Shown here one piece after another: positions 59,615 through 64,000 of a stretch of DNA of 64,000 nt; the stretch's first letter is position 1, and each line of letters starts with the position of its first letter. The stretch is taken from contig CBDCKW010000009.1 in assembly GCA_965218435.1 (NCBI GenBank), positions 2,144,001-2,208,000 on the forward strand, given 5' to 3'. This DNA is from Truepera sp. (lineage in GTDB: Bacteria > Deinococcota > Deinococci > Deinococcales > Trueperaceae). A program made the position numbers and the translations under genes. The notes under the pieces were generated by a model that was not told the origin of the DNA, ran no database searches, and was given only the letters and a program-made list of their open reading frames with translations.

Positions 59615-60760
59615 CTACACCGCAACCGACCAACCAACCTCCGCGACAACTTTGGCATAATAGTCATCGTCTAATGCCAGACCAAACCCCGGACTCGGGG
59701 GCACCCGGACGTTTCCCTCTGAAATAGCATACCCGGACGCGCCTAAACCCTGAACCTGCCCTTCATCCCATTCGACAAACAAAAAGCCTTTGACCGAAGG
59801 GGCCAGGTGGCCGGAAACATAGTTACCGTAAGGGCCGCCATAATTGTGAGGGGCCGACTTGACCCCGGCCTCGTCCAGACGACGCCCCAGCTCTAACCAG
59901 CGGAGAAACCCGTAAGCCCGAATGTCGTACTGAAGCACGTCAATAAGGCCCTGTTCGGCCCAGCTAACGAGCAGCGGCGACGCCAAGCCTTCACCGTCGG
60001 CAATCATGACCTCGAGGTTTCGCTCGAGCAACCACGTTTTAAGCTCGCGGAAGAGCTCGGGGTCTTCATGAAAGGGCTCCTCGAGCCAGTAAACGTCAGC
60101 GTCTGCGGTCTCTTGCAGCACCCGTTTGGTCAGGTTGAGATTATAGCCGTTGTTGGCGTCAATCATGATGGGGGCTCGCCCTACGACGTCACGAACTCCC
60201 CGGATGACCGCAATGTCGCGCCTCGTCCCCGTCTCCAAGTCCATGTGCCTGGCCCCGCGCCCGATCTTGATCTTGAAAGCGCGGTGGCCCTGCGCCCAAC
60301 CTTCTCCGGCTTTAGACTGCAGCAGTGCGACCGCTTCGGCGTCGCTTTTTAGCTGCAGGTCGTCTATGAGGAGCGACGTGTCATAGCAAGGAACCTCGAG
60401 GGGTTTACCCAAAGTTTCAGGGGCAAACAGCGCGTAAACCGGCTTCCCGGCGACGCGCCCCCACCAGTCGAGCAAGGGAAACTCCAAACTTTCGTAGCCG
60501 CTGCGGAGCTGACCATCGGCAGCAAAGATGTCCTCAAGAGAACTTCCCACCATAGCTTTGGCGGAGTCGTAAGAACAGGTTGACCAGCCGAAGCCGGTGC
60601 TGCCTGCGGCGGTAAGCCTGACGAGACTTACCGCAAAAGTTTGACCGTGATTGCCCAGCCGCGCGTTGGAGCCCGCCACCCTGCGCCTCGTTCCCGGCAG
60701 AGGTGCCCACTCGAGCCGTTCGATACGCCCGCCTAACGGAGTTTGCGTCAACCATGTCAT
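59615..60760 (-). CDS. Mandelate racemase/enolase superfamily protein
   Basis: FKIKIG, IDANNG, WLEEP and ADGE motifs; start estimated. Confidence 0.85.
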   Translation of the reverse strand: MTWLTQTPLGGRIERLEWAPLPGTRRRVAGSNARLGNHGQTFAVSLVRLTAAGSTGFGWSTCSYDSAKAMVGSSLEDIFAADGQLRSGYESLEFPLLDWWGRVAGKPVYALFAPETLGKPLEVPCYDTSLLIDDLQLKSDAEAVALLQSKAGEGWAQGHRAFKIKIGRGARHMDLETGTRRDIAVIRGVRDVVGRAPIMIDANNGYNLNLTKRVLQETADADVYWLEEPFHEDPELFRELKTWLLERNLEVMIADGEGLASPLLVSWAEQGLIDVLQYDIRAYGFLRWLELGRRLDEAGVKSAPHNYGGPYGNYVSGHLAPSVKGFLFVEWDEGQVQGLGASGYAISEGNVRVPPSPGFGLALDDDYYAKVVAEVGWSVAV

Positions 60761-61131
60761 TACCCAGCAATGTAACAGACCGACCCGGCAGGTAGCAAAG
60801 ATAAAACTGTGGAGGCCAAGCGCAGCCGATTCAACCCACCGTCCTAATAGAGCAAGACACTGGTAAACAAAAAGAGACAGGGCGAATCCGAACACCTGTC
60901 TCAACCATAGCTTGTCAACCGTCCGAATTTCTTACCGTGGCTTCTCAGCGTTGACCAGCTGCCCCCGGAGCGCCTTGGCCTATGCAGCTTACCTCAAAAT
61001 CCAGTTGCAATGAACCAACCGGGAAACACGGTAATTTTTACGTTCCTCTGCGTCTTTTGGGCGTCAACCGGTTACGCTTTGCAACAGTTTAGCTGACGCA
61101 AACTGCGAAAACCGACCGGTAAGCTCGGGCG

Positions 61132-61620
61132 CTACTTCGCCAACTGCTGCGCCATTTTCAGGTGACCTTGGATTACCGGCAGGTATTTTTTCGCAAACGC
61201 TTTGAGCTCGCTGTTCTGAGCTGTTTTGGTCGCAATCTCAAACGCGCCGACCGCAGCTTCGTGCGACACCACCTGCTGCTTGCTATACGCACTGTCGAAA
61301 GCTTGGCCGTTTAACGTCTTTAAGTAGCCGAGCTCGAGCCTTGCCGCCGCGTTCGTTTCCGTCGGCGGCGTAATTCCCATCGCTTTAGCGATAGGTTTGA
61401 GGTGCACCGTCGTTTCGCTGTGGTCGTGAATCATCTTTTGGGCGAACGCCTTGACTGCTTGGCTGTTCGTATGGTCCAGCGCAATTTTAGCCGCAGTGAT
61501 CTCATAGATGTCACTCTGCGCCGCTGCCGCAGCGAAAAGTGGGTCGGTCTGCTGGGCAAAAGCGGCCAAGCCAAACGCCGCCACTACCAAAAATGCTGCC
61601 AGTTTCTTTACACGCGCCAT
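61132..61620 (-). CDS. Secreted DUF4142 ferritin-like protein
   Basis: Signal peptide; FAQKMIHDH, FDSAY and LPVIQGHLKMAQQL motifs. Confidence 0.88.
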   Translation of the reverse strand: MARVKKLAAFLVVAAFGLAAFAQQTDPLFAAAAAQSDIYEITAAKIALDHTNSQAVKAFAQKMIHDHSETTVHLKPIAKAMGITPPTETNAAARLELGYLKTLNGQAFDSAYSKQQVVSHEAAVGAFEIATKTAQNSELKAFAKKYLPVIQGHLKMAQQLAK

Positions 61621-62320
61621 AACTGCCTCCCCTTATTACTTGCTCTGATTTTGTAGTAAGCGTCTAAGCCCCTCGCGGATAGCTTGCAGGCGTTTACCCA
61701 AGACCCTCACTACGCTAAACCTGATGAGACGAGCTGTAGTTAGCGTTGGCTACAGTGGGCAGTGACTTACATTTTGACTTGACGTTGGGCTTAGAACGCT
61801 CTTTTGAGCAGATCACAGATCCATTCAGCCGTTGCTCAAAGAGAGGGTCTACAGCCCCCTACATTTCTAAAAAGTGCCTTAGTACACGACAAAAAACAAT
61901 TTTGCGAATCTGGAACGGGCTATTGAGCCCTCTGAAAAGTAGCGTTTATGTCCCCCTAGATTGCTGTCTAGGACAATGTTTAAAGGGGTTTACCCGGTCG
62001 CAGGCAAAAATCTCCTTTTCGGGCTTACACAACAATCACGTTCTGGACAAGGTTGCTAAAGAATTGTCGTGTACTCAGAAAAAGTGCTTGACTTTTTGCG
62101 TTGGCTGCCGGTTTTAGCTGTGTGAAAACCGCCGGTTTCTTTACCGAACCGGCATCTTCTGACTTCTATATTCTGAATGCTTACTTCTTTTAGATGTCCC
62201 GCTGAAACACCGCTAGCTGCTTTCAAAAAACCGAGCGAAATTGTACATCACACCCAAAACAAGCCTCTGCGCTGAGGACTATTTTACTTAACGAAGCACA
62301 ATGTTACCTAAGGGGGGAAC

Positions 62321-63241
62321 ATGTTTTATCACGACGGCAAGTTGCAGTATAAAGTTGAGGTCACAACCCCGAATCCGGTTTTTGCCAAGCTGTTGCAGCA
62401 GGCTATCGGCGGCATTGAAGGCGAGATGCGGGTGGCGCTACAGTATCTGTTTCAGTCTTGGAACTCGCGTGGGCCGAAAAAGTACCGCGATATGCTCCTA
62501 GAAACGGGCACTGAAGAACTCGCGCATATCGAGATGCTGGCGACGGCGGTGGCCTTAAACCTCGAGGGGGCCGACGCCGCGCTCCAAGAGCAAGCGGCCA
62601 ACGACAACCCGGCAGTAGCCGCGGTCCTCGGCGGGATGAATCCGCGTCACTACCTTTCGTCGGGGTTGGGGGCGATGGCCGCCGACAGTAACGGCGTCCC
62701 GTTTACCGGCGCTTTTCTCGTCGGCAGTGGCAACCTCGCCGCTGACATGTACGCCAATGTGATGGCCGAAGCAACCGGACGCGCACTGGCCGCACGGCTT
62801 TACAACTTTACCGACGATCCCGGTATGAAAGATATGCTTTCATTCTTGCTGGCGCGTGACACCATGCACCAACAACAGTGGCTGGCGGTGATTGAAGAGC
62901 TCGGTGGCTACGAAGGCGTCTTGCCGATTCCCAACTCGTTCCCGCAAGACGAGGAGCTGAGCGATTACAACTACGTCTTTTTATCAACCGCCAAAGACGG
63001 CCAGCCGCTGACCCACGGACGCTGGACGGAAGGTCCATCCCTTGACGGTAAAAGCGAATACAGCCAACGGGTCGCCGAGCCCGTCGGCGGTGAGCCGCAA
63101 CTCGCCCCGGCCATACCTGAGGCTTACGCCCAAACCGAACAGATGGATGGACAGTCCAGAACCGCTACTATGGGCGCTGCAACCGGTTCAGGTAGTAACT
63201 CAGAAGGCAGGGTTGTACTCGACACAAGTCAAGATCACTGA
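62321..63241 (+). CDS. Manganese catalase
   Basis: GGIEGEMRVALQYLFQ, TEELAHIEM and RDTMHQQQW motifs. Confidence 0.95.
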   Translation: MFYHDGKLQYKVEVTTPNPVFAKLLQQAIGGIEGEMRVALQYLFQSWNSRGPKKYRDMLLETGTEELAHIEMLATAVALNLEGADAALQEQAANDNPAVAAVLGGMNPRHYLSSGLGAMAADSNGVPFTGAFLVGSGNLAADMYANVMAEATGRALAARLYNFTDDPGMKDMLSFLLARDTMHQQQWLAVIEELGGYEGVLPIPNSFPQDEELSDYNYVFLSTAKDGQPLTHGRWTEGPSLDGKSEYSQRVAEPVGGEPQLAPAIPEAYAQTEQMDGQSRTATMGAATGSGSNSEGRVVLDTSQDH

Positions 63242-63296
63242 CGCCTCTGACGCCCAAAAACCAAACCTACCGCAGCTCGAGCCTAAGGAGACAACA

Positions 63297-63467
63297 GTGA
63301 CAAACGATAACGGTGACCGCAGTGAAGATCGCTCGGATATTCCTCAACCCAACAAAGACCCCGCTACCGGGGCGACCGGCAGCACCGACGAGCGCAGTTC
63401 GGAAAACCGGCGCGAAGGGCTCGAGAAAGAACCTAACAACACGCTTGAAGAACCGGACGAGCACTAA
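63297..63467 (+). CDS. Small hydrophilic protein
   Basis: AAGGAG RBS, GTG start, 56 aa highly charged, followed by a terminator. Confidence 0.6.
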   Translation: MTNDNGDRSEDRSDIPQPNKDPATGATGSTDERSSENRREGLEKEPNNTLEEPDEH

Positions 63468-63477
63468 GTAGGTACCT

Positions 63478-63513
63478 AAAGCTAGCTGAGCTATCAAGTC
63501 AGCTAGCTTTTTC
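63478..63513 (+). terminator. Intrinsic terminator
   Basis: AAAGCTAGCTGA..TCAGCTAGCTTTTT. Confidence 0.75.
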
Positions 63514-63749
63514 TGGTTATGAAGACGACATCAGGCTGTCTAAAGCGATCTTTATACAGCCCGGACCCCGGACACATTTATTGATACTAAGTAAGTCCGT
63601 CCCTGAGGTGACTCGAGCTTTTGCATAACTCATTTAATAGACCCATGATGATTAACCCTGTAAACAAGGCGTTGTCAGCGCGTAGCTTCTCAGCTTTTAG
63701 CACTTTGGAATGAATATATAGACTTTTGTCCGGGTTTGAGCGCATACTC

Positions 63750-63778
63750 TTGACGAATCGCGTATACGGGTGTATACT
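63750..63778 (+). promoter_or_regulatory. Near-consensus sigma70-type promoter
   Basis: TTGACG-17 nt-TATACT. Confidence 0.65.
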
Positions 63779-63976
63779 TCTACTTATCAGCGCCTGAGAA
63801 GGCGCATTTTTTATGGCTTTTTTCAGCTAAAATCCAAATATCTTTGAGATGTTTCTTTAGGACAAAGGTGCAACCGTCAACCTCGCAAGCTGACCGAGCG
63901 CAGCGAAAGAGAGTTTGACAACTGCTAAGCTGAGAGCAAAATGCCCCCGGTGAAAACCAAGGGCGTTTTGCAATTG

Positions 63977-64000
63977 TGGCGGAGAGGGTGGGATTCGAAC
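63977..64000 (-). tRNA. 3' part of a tRNA, probably Ser (anticodon outside the window)
   Basis: Reverse complement GTTCGAATCCCACCCTCTCCGCCA (T-arm, acceptor, CCA); hairpin at 63936-63971 downstream. Confidence 0.8.

Noticed and set aside
61746..62117. 123-aa ORF between DUF4142 and Mn-catalase
   Set aside because: TTG start, no RBS, atypical composition and no recognisable motif.
63585..63620. TA-CTAAGTA resembling the 19780 MITE end
   Set aside because: No matching opposite end found; the match is too short.

Overview
GC-rich bacterial chromosome segment, most likely Deinococcota (Trueperaceae-like). This is inferred from the short IF2, fused SecDF, BshC, futalosine-pathway MqnE/MqnA and many apparently leaderless genes. 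About 3.5-15.6 kb is an integrative element at the 3' end of tRNA-Ala(TGC). It encodes a tyrosine integrase, excisionase, Rep plus DnaC-like ATPase and HTH regulator, and no virion or conjugation genes are visible. Its cargo is largely defence: a truncated type I hsdS, a two-repeat unknown protein split by one in-frame TGA, DarTG, an E2-only CBASS (patatin, CD-NTase, E2), a stand-alone HD (RelA/SpoT-type) hydrolase and a frameshifted CGNR zinc-finger gene. Its left end appears removed by an IS5-family element that now joins a 5'-truncated PAS-GGDEF-EAL gene to a 5'-truncated hsdS. 19-26.5 kb is a second accessory zone: a decayed IS4, an IS5 nested in a MITE, an intact IS4 inside a DUF433 gene, and an ABC-type ATPase/DUF4276-like pair. 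The rest is mostly housekeeping or metabolic (uvrC, rimP-nusA-ylxR-infB, secDF, bshC, comB, pgeF, mqnE-mqnA, msrA, pgm, Mn-catalase) and ends in a partial tRNA. Non-genic signals include strong over-representation of the palindrome CTCGAG, 27-42 nt hairpin micro-insertions at C^TG sites inside dead IS copies, MITEs, a candidate leader-peptide attenuator and a long hairpin upstream of CBASS. All family calls come from motif recognition by eye; no searches were run.
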